Origin: the human T2T-CHM13v2.0 reference genome, Homo sapiens
Strand: one strand, 5' to 3'
Length of the DNA: 64,000 nucleotides
Assembly (NCBI RefSeq): GCF_009914755.1
Contig: NC_060926.1
Each line of letters starts with the position of its first letter. Position 1 is the stretch's first letter. Below the pieces are notes generated by a model. It was not told the DNA's origin. It ran no database searches and saw nothing but the letters and a program-made list of their open reading frames with translations. Shown in pieces: positions 13,526 through 26,150 of the stretch. Made by a program: the position numbers and the translations under genes.

Positions 13526-14227
13526 ATGTCTAGTGTCTATGTGCTAGATGCTGCTAGATGTTGGAAATACTATGATGACAAAGACGCAGGCTGGTGAGGG
13601 AGACAGAAACAGGCATTCTTAAGGCAGTCTGATAACCATCTCCACAGAGGAGAGGACAGGGTTCTGTGGCGCAAAGAGGAGCCAGGCCAGCGGGATGGGT
13701 CTTACCTCTGAAATCTCTCAGCACCCACTGTTGACTGTCGATACCTGACACTGGATTTTCCAGTACTTCTTGCCCTATTATTTATCTGAAAGGTGTCTGT
13801 GATTCTGGTCTTAGACAGGCCAAATTAAATATTCATGAGTTCAATTTTCTCACCTATAAAACAGAAATAGCAAAACCTGAGTTCAGTCATGCCATGCACT
13901 TAGAATTCCAACCACAGCAAATGCCTCCTGAGCCATGAATGGTATCAAATAGGGGTTAGGCTGCTATTTGACCTTTCTCTGTAAGTGACAGTTCATGTCA
14001 TAGAATTACCTCTGATTCTTAAGGACTTAGAAGACCTCCTTGGAAAGCCAAGGCAAAAAAAGGTTCATGGTGTTGGATTCTTCTTAAGACTGCTGAGTAG
14101 CAGGATTTCTTTTCTGGATGCCTTCTGAAGTCATTTGAGGTTAATAAGGTGGGCAGTGTCAGCTTTTCATTTTGATCGGGTGAGAAGAATCAAAGTCAAA
14201 ATTTTGTATCTACACAGCTGGTGGTTG

Positions 14228-14230
<3 letters not shown>

Positions 14231-14286
<56 letters not shown>
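14231..14286. repeat. (TA)28 microsatellite
   Basis: Perfect TA run counted directly. Confidence 0.97.
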
Positions 14287-14291
<5 letters not shown>

Positions 14292-14339
14292 GGCATTTGG
14301 CTTAGTGCTTAATCTATGTTTTCTCAATTAAAAAGAGAA

Positions 14340-14530
14340 TGTCTTGATGGCAAAGAGTGCTGAGTCTAAGGTCAGATAGAGCCTGATTCAAGTCCTGAAT
14401 GTACCAGCTATATAAACTTGAGCAAGTCACTTCATTTCTCTAAAGCTCAGTCTCCGTTTCCTCTCTCTCAAGTAGAGACAATTGCACTACTACCTTAGAG
14501 GAATATTGTGATTTCTAAGTGCTCTTGTCA
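14340..14530 (+). mobile_element. MIR SINE
   Basis: ttcaagtcctga...ccagctatataaacttgagcaagtcacttcatttctctaaagctcagtctcc. Confidence 0.7.
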
Positions 14531-14691
14531 GGCCTTAAATATGCAATAATTATTTATTATTACAGAATACCAAATGTATGCATGCTGTGGACATGTGAAT
14601 CAAAGCATATGCCTGTGGTTTTCATGTACATTAGACAAAGCTTCTTGGCACACTTCACCTCACAGAGGACAACTTCGAGGTACATTATTGG

Positions 14692-15400
14692 TGTGGTGGC
14701 TACTTGTAAATGACACTCAAAGGGCTGTCTCTTCAGCCCCTCTTCTCTAATAATTGTCTCTCCTCATCCTTAATGTGGCCATATGAGAGTCACTGTGCTG
14801 ATAGAGTGATTCTTTTCCTTAGCCATAGCTTATTGGCTCAAGGTTCAGACTTGGGAGCCAGGGAGTTGGGTGAGGTTTTTTCTTTGACCTATATCAGTCA
14901 AAACCATAGTCCAGGAGATGTTAGAGTAGCCGTTCTTCCTGCCATGTGGACCTGAGAAGCACAAGAATTTGGCCTGGAGAGAGAGAAAGAGGAAGGAAGG
15001 AAGGAAAGAAGGAAAGAAGGAAGGAAGGAAGGAAAGAAGGAAGGAAGGAGAAGGGGAAGGGGAAGGGAAGGGAAGAAGGAGGGAGGGAGGAGGGAGGGAG
15101 GGAAGAAAACGAAAAAGGGGGAAAAGGAGGGAAGGAGGGAGAAAGGGGAGAGAAAGGGAGGGAGGAAAGAAGAAAGAGAAGAAAGAAAGTAAGGATGGAA
15201 GTGAGGAAGAGATGAGTAGTGGATGTGCCGAGAGGAGTGGGAATATGAGCCGGGCAATGAATCCCAAGTTATATCTTGTTCCATTTATTCCTGAGATCTA
15301 GTCGTATTCCAGTTTCTATGCTTTTTAAGATTATCCAGCAGCATTTTAATAATTCGTCTCTACTTTTACTTAAGCTATGGAGAGTTGGATTTTCTAAGTA
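14692..15400 (+). mobile_element. Old ERVL-type solo LTR (LTR16/LTR33-like) containing a purine tract
   Basis: tgtggtggct start, gccatag...attggctcaagg, end aataattc...tacttaagcta...gagttggattttct; highly diverged. Confidence 0.4.
14975..15210. repeat. Polypurine (GGAA/GGGA) low-complexity tract
   Basis: ~235 bp almost entirely G/A. Confidence 0.9.
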
Positions 15401-15604
15401 ATACCTTCTTCCACACATATTACACCAGGGAGAGTGCCTAGCACAGACGTCTAGCTGATATTAACTGCTAATAAACATTACACCCACCTGGTCTTTCTAA
15501 ATAGTTGGTCATCATCATTATGATGACATTAGAGAGTAGATACATGAGTTTAAAAATTACTTTGTATTTTATTGTTCTTTCTCTGAGTTAGTTCCCGCTG
15601 AATG

Positions 15605-15645
15605 AAAAAACAAACAAACAAACAAACAAACAAAAACAAAAACAA
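15605..15645. repeat. (CAAA)n simple repeat
   Basis: aaaacaaacaaacaaacaaacaaacaaaaacaaaaac. Confidence 0.85.
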
Positions 15646-16019
15646 AGGTAACATGTTCTTAGTCCAGAGGTAGTCAGAACTAGCCTAGTCATATGAATAA
15701 GAGAAAATCTGGAATGGTGTTGTAGCTGCAGAAATTGGCAGTTTCTAACCCTGGGTCCCAGGAGATTAAAAGACCAGGAGCACAAAAAGAAAAGTTCAGT
15801 AGAGCAGAGGTTCTAAGGGGCTTGCCTGCCCCTTCCAAGTACTGCTGGAACCACAGTCCTGAGATGCTATCAGGGTCGTTTGTCACAGGGAAGAAGATGA
15901 TCCTGGAAAAAGACGTTCCAGGGTCCTGGGTTCCAAAGAACCCCTACTCTTACCATATGCTATACCTGCAGAGCTAGGAAGCCAAGATCCATCTCTCCTC
16001 TGGGGTGGTGGGATAAGTA

Positions 16020-16245
16020 AGCGGGTAGAAGCATAGACTCCAGAGACAGCTGGAAACTCCCTGAGTTTCAATCCTGGCTCTTATGTGTGATTTTGGGCAA
16101 GTTAGTTGATCCCTTTGCCTTTCAATGTCTTTATCTGTAAGATATGGATAAGACTATTTTCCTACAAAGGTCTAGAAGAGGATTAAATGGGTTAGTATAT
16201 GAGTGTTTGGTACCTAGTAAGACCACATGAATATTAGCGTTATTG
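16020..16245 (+). mobile_element. MIR SINE
   Basis: agcatagactccagag...tttcaatcctggctc...tgtgattttgggcaagttagtt...ttatctgtaagatatggataa...gaggattaaatgggttagtat. Confidence 0.8.
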
Positions 16246-17232
16246 TTTCTGCTGCTGTTAGTATTACTAACAACAGCAGCCCTGCGAGCTCACAATCCAC
16301 AAGGAGGCAGCACTGAGAGTCCTAAAAGCTAACCAATGCAGGCAGTTCCAAAGTAAAGGTATTCACAATGAGGATTATGGAAATTGAGTAGAAGTTCAGG
16401 GAAGACCTCCTCATCTTGAAATCTCTTGCTTGGAGGAAGCCTTAGTTTTCCTCTTGTCCAATAGCTGATGAGACATATGAATTTCATTTATAATATTCCT
16501 GTCACACAATTGTCCAACACATCTTTGCACACTTTTCAGTGAGGAACTTGTTTTTTTCAGGTTAAAGATATCTTATTAAATGGTTTTGCCAGGTAACAAG
16601 TCACAGAAGCTACGGAACTAGAAGTCAAACTTTACTCTTCCTTCTGTCTTATAGCATTTCTTTGCCCCTCATTCATTGACTAAGTCTTATTAGTTCTCCC
16701 CACGTACACCCCAAATGCAAGATAACTTGTACTTCCTGAAAGGACATGGTTCATAAAGACCATACATAGCTGAAAACTTGTAGAAGTTAAGACTAAACCT
16801 CTGCAGGTAGCCATGTTTGTTTGCCAGCTAACATGTCACTGGCATCTGGTTAGAGTATGAACAAAGCTTCAATTCATTTGACCTAATAGTTTAGAAAAGA
16901 ACCATATCATGCATTTTGCATTCAGGGATTCACATGATTTCAAATTGTCTGTATGAAACAAAACCTTGTTAATATTTTATCTCAATTTTTTTACATCTAT
17001 ATAATTGAATGTACCTGAGATGGCTCCTGAATCTGTCCCTTCCTCTACATCACTGCCTCTCCTTTACTTTACTCATCATCTTTTTGTGCATTGTTAAACC
17101 TACATTTTACATGGTGATTACGATGTCTGTCTATGTGTCTGTGTTCCCATCAGTCTATATATTGAAGAGTAGGGAAGAATTTCTGTTGATATTTTTTCTC
17201 CATCTCTCTTCTTGCTTGGAAGTGAGTACATA

Positions 17233-17236
<4 letters not shown>

Positions 17237-17280
<44 letters not shown>
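17237..17280. repeat. (CA)22 microsatellite
   Basis: Perfect CA run counted directly. Confidence 0.97.
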
Positions 17281-17284
<4 letters not shown>

Positions 17285-17295
17285 CTGAAAATATT

Positions 17296-17579
<284 letters not shown>

Positions 17580-17629
17580 ATCTGAAAATATTACTCTCTG
17601 TACACACATTCACACACAGTATCCGAAAA

Positions 17630-17815
17630 TATTACTTCATTCAATCTTCCCAACAGTTCTAGGAGGCAGGTGGATATTATCTTCATTTTTCAAATTAATC
17701 AATGAGGCTCAGGGAGTTTAATAAAATTGTGTAAGGTCACAAAATTCACAAGTGATAGAGGCATCATTTCAACCCAAGCCTCTGACTCCAAAGTCTATTT
17801 TCTATCTACCATGCC
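17630..17815 (-). mobile_element. MIR SINE
   Basis: cattcaatcttcccaacag...tgaggctcagggagttta...aaggtcaca...aacccaagcctctgactccaaagtc. Confidence 0.8.
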
Positions 17816-18309
17816 AGAACTCTATTTTCAATATTTCCCTTGCTCATTTGAAGCTCCTTAAAGACAGAAACTGTGCCTTTCCATTTTTATTTTGGTAGCC
17901 TTTAGCATAGTAAACCACAGCCACATCCAGGCTGGCATTCACAAAAATTAATAACTGATGTGTTGGTTATTCCTAGAGAATAGTAGAACATGACCTGGAG
18001 AGATGAGGAGTGCTTAAAAGTGGAGCAATTTGTTCAGAAGTGATGGTGATTAGGTATGCCTGTCTTTCGAAAATGTTACTGCCAGGGCACAGGGTTCTAC
18101 TAAGCATAATTCTTGTCATTGTTTCCCAAAATGATGTAAGCCAAACTGAAAGTCCCTAAGACCTGGCAGTGATTTTGATGTTCCCTCAGCTACCTGTTTA
18201 GTTGTTGACCTTGGTAACTGGTTTGGGATAATCGATCAAAGGAAAAAGAAAGAAACCAAACCTTGGAGTAAGGGGCCAAGCCTAGTGGAGTCTTCCCCTT
18301 TTCTGTACC

Positions 18310-18730
18310 TCACCGACCTTGTTCAGCAAGCCTGGCACATTTTTTTTTTCAAAGTCACCAAGTCACTCTCACCTGAGGGCATTTGTGCCAGTTGCTACTT
18401 ATGCCTGGAAATTTCTTCCTCTGTTCTTCTTCTACCCAAATTCCTATTTGCCTTTGGGTCTCAGCCTAAATGTCTCTTGTTTAGTGAGGTCCTTTCTGAC
18501 TCTTCAGTGTAGGTAAGAATTTCTGTTAAGCTCTTGCTGAAATAATCCTTAATACCTAGACATTAATTACATAACTGTTTGCACTAGCATTTGGTATCTC
18601 TTTTGCATATTAGACTATGAGCTACTTCAAGGAAGGGACTGTGTCTATTTATCACTTGTCAGACACAGAGCTCCATGTTTTGTACATGATAGGTGCTTAA
18701 TAAATATGGATCCATGGGTAGATGAATAGA
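18310..18730 (+). mobile_element. L2 3' portion
   Basis: ctgagggcatttgtgccagttgct...tagactatgagctacttcaaggaagggactgtgtc...ataggtgcttaataaatat. Confidence 0.7.
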
Positions 18731-19406
18731 TGGGGGATAATAGGACCATCTCCCTATTTCTCCCACTAGAAGAAAATGAAGACAGAGAACAAAAGAGGTG
18801 ATTTTCACTTTCATCTGGAGAACATAACGTTTCAATAAGAGAGAAGAGATTTCATTTTCTAGATTTTTGTTTTCAGAATGTTTGTCATTTAAATTCTCAT
18901 TTTATTTGCCAGTACACTTATATTACTCCAAGAATGAAATTGAATAAATACATTTTTGAGTAACCCAAGGTGACCGGGAAGCCTAGGCTGCCCGAACTTG
19001 CTAGAGGTGAGCAGTCTGCAAGCATCAGGACAGGCAGAACACTCTGTCTGCCTTTGAACTGGCACTTTCTCCTTCACTGTTATCTTTAAACGTCAGATGT
19101 AAGTCTGGGAATTGCCCTCATCTTCAGTTCTGGAATGTGATGTGTTTTAAATCTTAAACAATGAAAACAACAAGGGCCTAAGTTAAAATGAAAACTCCCC
19201 TCTTTTTATTCAACGTGTTCACAAGTTTTTAGGACTCGTTCATTTTCCATTTTCTAAAACAAAAAGGGTGATTCATGCTCACAATAAAGACACTATTGGG
19301 CACAGAATATATGGAACCAGACTGGTGTGGAGAATGACAGAGAGCCCCAAAGAGCTTTTAGACTCTCATTAGGGAGTCTGGAATGATATAGAATTTAACA
19401 TGTAAA

Positions 19407-19538
19407 TAGGCTGACCATGTTTTTTATCTTCCCTAACTGAGACACTTGTGAGAGTAAAAGGAGGTGATAATTATTAATCTGGACTAACCTGTGTAAACAT
19501 GTACTGTCTGGGCTAAACCTGAACATATGTCCATCCTT
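19407..19538 (+). mobile_element. MER94-like hAT-Blackjack MITE
   Basis: taggctgaccat...actgagacacttgtgagagtaaaaggagg...taaacatgtactgtctgggctaaacctgaacatatgtccatcct matches recalled MER94. Confidence 0.75.
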
Positions 19539-21561
19539 TATTTAATAGCACTTTGCAAGAACAATGAAATAGATAGCTCCATGTAGTACGTGACTCATTC
19601 GTTGCTAACTGAATTTTACAGTTGATAATACTCTAGAAGTTCAGAGAAGGAGGCCGGTGGTATCACTGCCTAATGCTGGGTGGTTAATGAGGGCTGTAAT
19701 AAGAAGATATATTCTGAGCTGCATTTGAGAGGATGAGCAGATAGAGAGGTAGGTTAGGAGAGCAGATTCCCTCATGTGCATGAGAGGACAGAGATGTTTT
19801 TCAGCATAAAATGCTGAAATCCACTGATCTTGATTATTTAGCCTGAAGTGAAATTTGTGAAAATTATCAATATTTCACACAGAAGAAAACACTCTCTCTT
19901 TCCAGCCATGTTTGCAGTTGAATTCTCTAGCCCCACAGCAAACTCATACCCTCCAAAGATGAGCCTGTATGTGCCAGAGTCAGTGCCCCAGTGATACCTC
20001 TCTTTCTCATCCTTGCCTCTTCTTCTTTCTTTCCCTTTCCCCCTTCACTCTCCTTTCCTCTTCCTCTCCTTCCTATCCTCTTTCTACTTTCCTTCTATGA
20101 GCATTTATGCCACACACACCCATTTATACTCCATCCTGTTTCTGCCCAAGTCATGAGGACCAGGGCAACAACAACAGCAACCAGGACACACTAGACTGTT
20201 AGAGCTATCATTGTAAAATAAAGAAGCTGCAACTCTGTGGGTTGGGGTGACTGATCGGGTCCTGTCCAGGGAGCCTGATCTCTTCTAGCCTCCTGAAATT
20301 CCCTCAACACTATCTTCAGAAGAAAAACTCCCAATGGCTGAAGACCCAGCTGGGGCACTTCCAAAGAAAGTCACCTTCTTTGTCTCTTTCTTATCTCCAA
20401 GCCAAGGCTTAATACCCTTTTTAGAAGAGAGCCTGATCTGTATTTCAAGAGGATTTCTTTTAAGACAATCAAATTGCTAAGCATCATTGTTCTGGTTCTG
20501 CTTGGAGAGCTCACTAACTTGCAGCTGTGCACTGTAAGCTCTGCTCCATCAAGGCAGCTTGGAGGGAGCTGTATTGACAGAGGGATGTGAATTCCCGGAG
20601 CCTCCAGGACCCTGCCCAGTTAATACGGATGGAAACGCAGGGCATTTAAGTACATTAGCAGTAGGCTTTTAGTTTTTATCTTTGTGAAAAATGCATATTT
20701 TGTAAGTAAAAAATAAAAGTAAAAGTAAAAGAAGTAAACATTTAAAGTAAAAGAATGTTTCACAATTTATAAGAGGTTTTGAGTGTCTTTCATAGTAATA
20801 TTTGCACATTCTTTTCTTCCTCTAGGAAGTAATAGGCAACACTGTCTCTACCACTCACTTCCCTGCCTTTGGTTCTATGGGTACTGGCTTCCCAGAAGGA
20901 AGGAGGCCTGCAGAGAGCATGTGCATCACTGAAAGCTGCAGGAAAGTTTAGCGAGCTAGAAGGAAGGGCAGTCTGTTAAGAGAGAAAGAAAAAATATTGA
21001 TTTTTAAGCCAGAACTGTGGATGTCTGCATATTCTTTCCTGGGGAGTAGAATAGGAGGCTAGAGATCTTCTGGAAAATTCCACTCATGGGATATTGGGTG
21101 GAATATCCCACTCATATCTGGTTAACAAGACATTTCCATTTCCACTGCTGTCTGGTTCACAAAATCTCTGGGAGAGTTCAGAATCAGCTGGCCATGATCA
21201 GGCTGGGTTCTGATTTCATGTCTATCTTCCCCTTTGCTCATTTCACTGGAGCCACATGCTTTATTCTTGCAGTGAGGGATGTTCTTTTGGGAAGGAGGCT
21301 TAGTTACAGATGTGGTCTGCTTTCAGCGTTCATCATTTTACAGTGCCTGGCTGTTTTTGATCATGGGCTCATTTGCTGGCCTTTTATGTTTGGTTGTTTG
21401 TTGTTTACCTTTTAAATCAAATTTTACAATGTCACATTGCTTCATGAACCAAAGTAGTTATAAAAGGCATGATAGTAACTGATTAATTAGTTGAAACAAG
21501 TTCTCATTTAATGACTATTCTCAAGGCACTGTGTCAGCCACTGTAGAGAGACAGTGGTGGC

Positions 21562-23895
21562 TGTATTAGTTCATTTTCATGCTGCTAAGACATACCCAAA
21601 ACTGGGAACAAAAAGAGGTTTAATTGGACTTACAGTTCCACATAGCTGGGGAGGCCTCAGAATCATGGTGGTAGGCAAAAGGCACTTCTTATATGGTGGC
21701 AGCAAGAGAAAAATGAGGAAGAAGCAAAAGCGGAAACCCCTGATAAACCCATCAGATCTCGTGAGATTTATTCATTATCATGAGAATAGCATGGGAAAGA
21801 CTGGCCCCCATGATTCAATTACTTCTCCCTGGGTCCCTCCTACAACATGTGGGAATTCTGGGAGATATAATTCAAGTTGAGATTTGGGTGGGGACACAGC
21901 CAAACCATATCATTCCATCCCTGGCCCCTCCAAATCTTATGTCCTTACATTTCAAAACCAGTCATGCCTTCCCAACAGTCCACCGAAGTCTTAACTCATT
22001 TCTGCATTAACCCAAAAGTCCACAGTCCAAAGTCTCATCTGAGACAAGGCAAGTCCCTTCCATCTATGAGCCTGTAAAATCAAAAGCAAGCTAGTTACTT
22101 ACTAGATACAATGGGGGTACAGTATTGGGTAAATACAGCTGTTCCAAATGGGAGAAATTGGCCATAACGAAGGGGTTACAGGGCCCACCCAAGTCCAAAA
22201 TCCAGCAGGGAAGTCAAATTTTAAAGCTCCAAGAGTATCTCCTTTGACTCCAGGTCTCACATCCAGGTCACACTGATGCAAGAGGTGGGCTCCCATGGTC
22301 TTGGTCAACTCCACCAATGTGGCTTTGCAGGGTATAGCCTCCCTCCCAGCTGCTTTCATGGGCTGGTGTTGAGTGTCTGTGGCTTTTCCAGGCAAATGGT
22401 GCAAGCTGTTGGTGGATTTACCAATCTGGATCTGGAGGATGGTGACCCTCTTCTCACAGCTCCACTAGGCAATGCCCCCGTAGGGACTCTGTGTGGGGGC
22501 TCTGACCCCACAATTCCCTTCTGCACTGCCCTAGCAGCAGTTCTGCATGAGGGCCCTGCCTCTGCAGCAAACTTTTGCCTGTGCATCCAGGCATTTCCCT
22601 ACCTCTTCTGAAATCTAGATGGAGGTTTCCAAACCTCAATTCTTCAATTCTGTGTATGGGCAGACTCAACACCATGTGGAAACTGCCAAGGCTTGGGGCT
22701 TCCACCCTCTAAAGCCACAGCCTGAGCTCTATGTTGGCCCCTTTCAGCCACAACTGGAGCAGCTGGGACACAGGTCACCAAGTCCCTAAGCGGCATACAG
22801 CACGGGGACCCTGGGCCCAGCCCACAAAACCACAGACCTCCAGGCCTGTGATGAGAGGGGCTGCTGTGAAGGTCTCTGATGTGGCCTGGAGACATTTTCC
22901 CTGTGGTCTTGGGGATTGACATTAGGTTCCTTGCTACTTCTGAAAATTTCTGCAGCTGGCTTGAATTTCTCCTAAAAAAAAAAAATGAGTTTTCCTTTTC
23001 TACTGCATCATCAGGCTGAAAATTTTCTGAACAAAATTTATGCTCTGTTTCCCTTTTAAAATGGAAAGTTTTTAGCAGCACTCAAGTCACCTTTTGAATG
23101 CTTTGCTGCTTAGAAATTTCTTCCTCCAGGTACTCTAAATCAACTCTCTGAAATTCAAAGTTCCACAAATCTTTAGGGTAGGGGCAAAATATCACCAATC
23201 TCTTTGCTAAAACATAACAAGAGTCACCTTTGCTCCAGTTCCCAACAAGTTCTTCATCTCCATCTGAGACCACCTCAGCATGGACCTTATTGTTAATATC
23301 ACTGTCAGCAATTTTGTCAAAGCCATTCAACAAGTCTCTAGGGAGTTCCAAACTTTTCCACATTTTCTTGTCTCCTGAGCCCTCCAAGTCTCTAGGAGGT
23401 TCCACGCTTTCCCACATTTTCTTGTCTTCTTCCGAGCCTGCCAAACTGTTCCAAACTTTTCCTGTTACCCAGTTCCAAAGTCAATTCCACATTTTCAGGA
23501 ATCTTTTCAACAATGTCCCACCCTACTGGTACCAATTTACTGTATTAGTTCATGTTCATGCTGCTGATAAAGACATACCCGAAACTGGGAACGAACAGAG
23601 GTTTAACTGGACTTACAGTTCCACATGGCTGGGGAGGCCTCAGAATCATGGTGGGAGGTGAAAAGCACTTCCTATATGGTGGTGGCAAGAGAAAAATGAG
23701 GAAGAAGCAAAAGCGGAAACCTCTGATAAACCCATTAGATCTTGTGAGACTTATTCACTCTCATGAGAATAGCATGGGAAAGACTGGCCCCCATGATTCA
23801 ATTACTGCCACCTGGGTCCCTCCCACAACACATGGGAATTCTGGGAGATGCAATTTAAGTTGAGATTTTGGTGGGGACATAGCCAAACCATATCA
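21562..23895 (-). mobile_element. Full-length THE1A MaLR provirus: LTR 21562-21912, internal 21913-23540, LTR 23541-23895
   Basis: Two ~350-bp direct-repeat LTRs (tgtattagt...ccaaaccatatca) with THE1A features (gaagcaaaagcggaaacccctgataaa); ~1.6-kb internal with MaLR ORF remnant (GSEEDKKMWESVEPPRDL...); TSD gtggc/ctggc. Confidence 0.95.
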
Positions 23896-25635
23896 CTGGC
23901 TTTCGGTGGAGATTATGCATTGGAATCTCCTGGGGAGCTTCTAATAAATACCTTACACACTCAAAGCAGTCTGTAGATTCAACATAATCTCCATCAAAAT
24001 CCCAGTGGCATTTTTTTCAGAATTAGAAAAATTCATTTTAAAATAAATATGGATTCAAAGGACCCTGAATAGACAACAAAATATTTAAAAAGAACAAAGC
24101 TAGAGGTGTCACAATCTTTAATTTTAAAACTTACTACAAGCTATGGTAATCAAAAAAATTAGTATGGTACTGGAATAAAGATAGACATAGACCAGTGAAA
24201 TAGAATAGAGAGTCCATAAATAAATCCTGGTTTATATGATCAAATAATCTTTGCGAAAAGTGCTAAGATCATGCAAAGGGAAAAGAGCTTTTTCAACAAC
24301 TGGTGTTGGGAAAACTAGATATCCACATGCAAAAGAATGACATTCTTATCGCTTATACAAAAATTAACTCAAACTGGATTAAAGACTTAAACATGAGACC
24401 AAAAACTATAAATCTCCTAGAAGAAAACATAGGGGCATAGGGGAAAAGCTTCATGACAATGAGTATGACAATGAATTTTTGGATATGTCATCAAAAACAC
24501 AGGCAACAAAAGTAAAAATAGACAAATGGGACTGCATCAAACTTAAAAATTTCTGTGCATCAAAGAACGCCATCAATGGAGTGAAAAGGCAAACTACAGA
24601 TTGGGAGAACATATTTTCAAATCTGATAAAGGGTTAATATGTAGAATACATAAAGAAATCTTGCAATTCAACAATAAAAAATAACACAACTAAAATATGG
24701 GCAAAGATCTTGAATAGACATTTATCCAAAGATAATATACAAATGGCCAATAAGCATGAAGAGATGCTCAACGTCACCAATCATTAGAGAGATACAAATG
24801 AAAACCACAATGAGACACCTCTCACACCCATTAGGATGGCTACTAGCACTAAAACAAAATAAGAAGTGTTGGCAAGGATATGGAGAAATTAGAACTCTTA
24901 TACACTGTCGGTAGAAATATAAAATGGTGCAGCTTCTGTGGAAAACAGTATGATGACTGCTCCAAAAATTGAACATAGAATTACCGTATGATGTAGTAAT
25001 CCCAGTTCTGGGAATACAGCCAAAATAATAGAAAGCGGGATCTTGAAAAGACATCTGCACGTCCATGTTTATAGCAGCATTATTCACAGTAGACAAGGGG
25101 TGGAACCATCCCAAATGTCCACTCACAGATGAATGAACAAAGACAGTATAACATATAACTATAATGGAATATTATTTAGCTTACTAAAGGAAAGAAATCC
25201 TGTTGCATGGTATACAACATGGATGAACCTTGAGAATATTATGTTGAGTGAAATAAGACAGCCATAAATAGACAAATACTGTATGAATCCACTTACATGA
25301 GGTATCTAAAGTAGTCAAATTCATGGAGACAGACAGTAGAATGGTGGCGGCTGGGGCGGGGGTTGGGGGGAATGGGGTCATTGTTTAATGGGTACAGAGT
25401 TTCAGTTTTGCAAGATGAAAATGTTCTGGAGGTACAACCATGTGAATATGCATAACATTACTGAACTGTAAACTTAAAAATTGTTCAGATGGTAAAAAAA
25501 AAAAAAAAGAAACACCCCAAAATAAAAATAAACAAAAATGCCTCGACCCCAACCTCAGACCATTTGCCACCCAGTGTTGGTATTTCCATGAAGCCCCCAG
25601 ATGACTAAGATGTGCTGCAGGGCTGAGAAGCTCCG
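23896..25635 (+). mobile_element. MER5-type hAT MITE fragmented into 21552-21561, 23896-23952 and 25536-25635
   Basis: cagtggt | tgcattggaatctcctggggagcttctaataaatacc | aaatgcctcgaccccaacctcagacc...gaagcccccagatgactaagatgtgctgcagggctgagaagctccg join into one MER5-like unit. Confidence 0.6.
23955..25535 (+). mobile_element. L1MB-type LINE, 5'-truncated (ORF2 3' part, 3'UTR, A tail)
   Basis: ORF2 remnants (tagattcaacataatctccatcaaaatccc, atggccaataagcatgaagagatgctca); L1MB 3'UTR gtttcagttttgcaagatgaaaatgttctgg; A-rich tail 25494-25535. Confidence 0.9.
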
Positions 25636-25659
25636 CAGTAAAGAGATGGTGGGTGGGTA

Positions 25660-26150
25660 AGGACTGGTCTTGCCTGTGGGGAGTTCATTCGTTCTCTAGA
25701 GGGAATGTGCAGTGTATATCTAGATCATCATATAATCAGTCCATTGTGATATGGTATGGGCCTTAGACTTACCAAGTGTCATGAAAAATCAGAAGGTAAA
25801 GACCTTCCTTGCAGTATGGGGTGAGTTTCCAGGCATTTGTGCCAGGCTATGAAGAAGCAATGGGGGTTGACAGGAGGGTGAAGAGGGGAGAGGGTCTCCA
25901 GCTGTCACAAAAGCACGACGGTGGGTAAAAAAAGCCTGGCATCATTAGGAAACAGAGGGGTATCTAATTTCACTTGAGTATGTACGATGTGTGTGAGGGG
26001 GTTATAATGGGAATTACAATTTCAAAGACAAGCTGATGCCAGAGTGTGGAGGGTCTTGAATGTCATGCTAAGAAGATTATATATTATTCAGTAGACAATA
26101 GGGAGTCATTGCTTTTTTAGTAGGGGAATGAGAAAAGCTAAAACATCTGG
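25660..26150 (-). mobile_element. L2 fragment
   Basis: ggagggtcttgaatgtcatgctaagaag...tattcagtagacaatagggagtcattg...tttagtaggggaatga. Confidence 0.65.

Noticed and set aside
13144-15301. Several 76-140 aa Pro/Ser/Leu/Phe- or Gly/Arg/Glu-rich ORFs
   Set aside because: Stop-free frames through polypyrimidine and polypurine tracts
19799-19819. 9-bp perfect hairpin tttcagcat-aaa-atgctgaaa
   Set aside because: A few such stems are expected by chance in 64 kb
21554-23863. Cluster of 100-145 aa ORFs, two nearly identical
   Set aside because: THE1A LTR pair and fragmented MaLR internal ORF, not a gene duplication
24722-25126. 134-aa minus-strand ORF
   Set aside because: Antisense translation of an L1 ORF2 remnant
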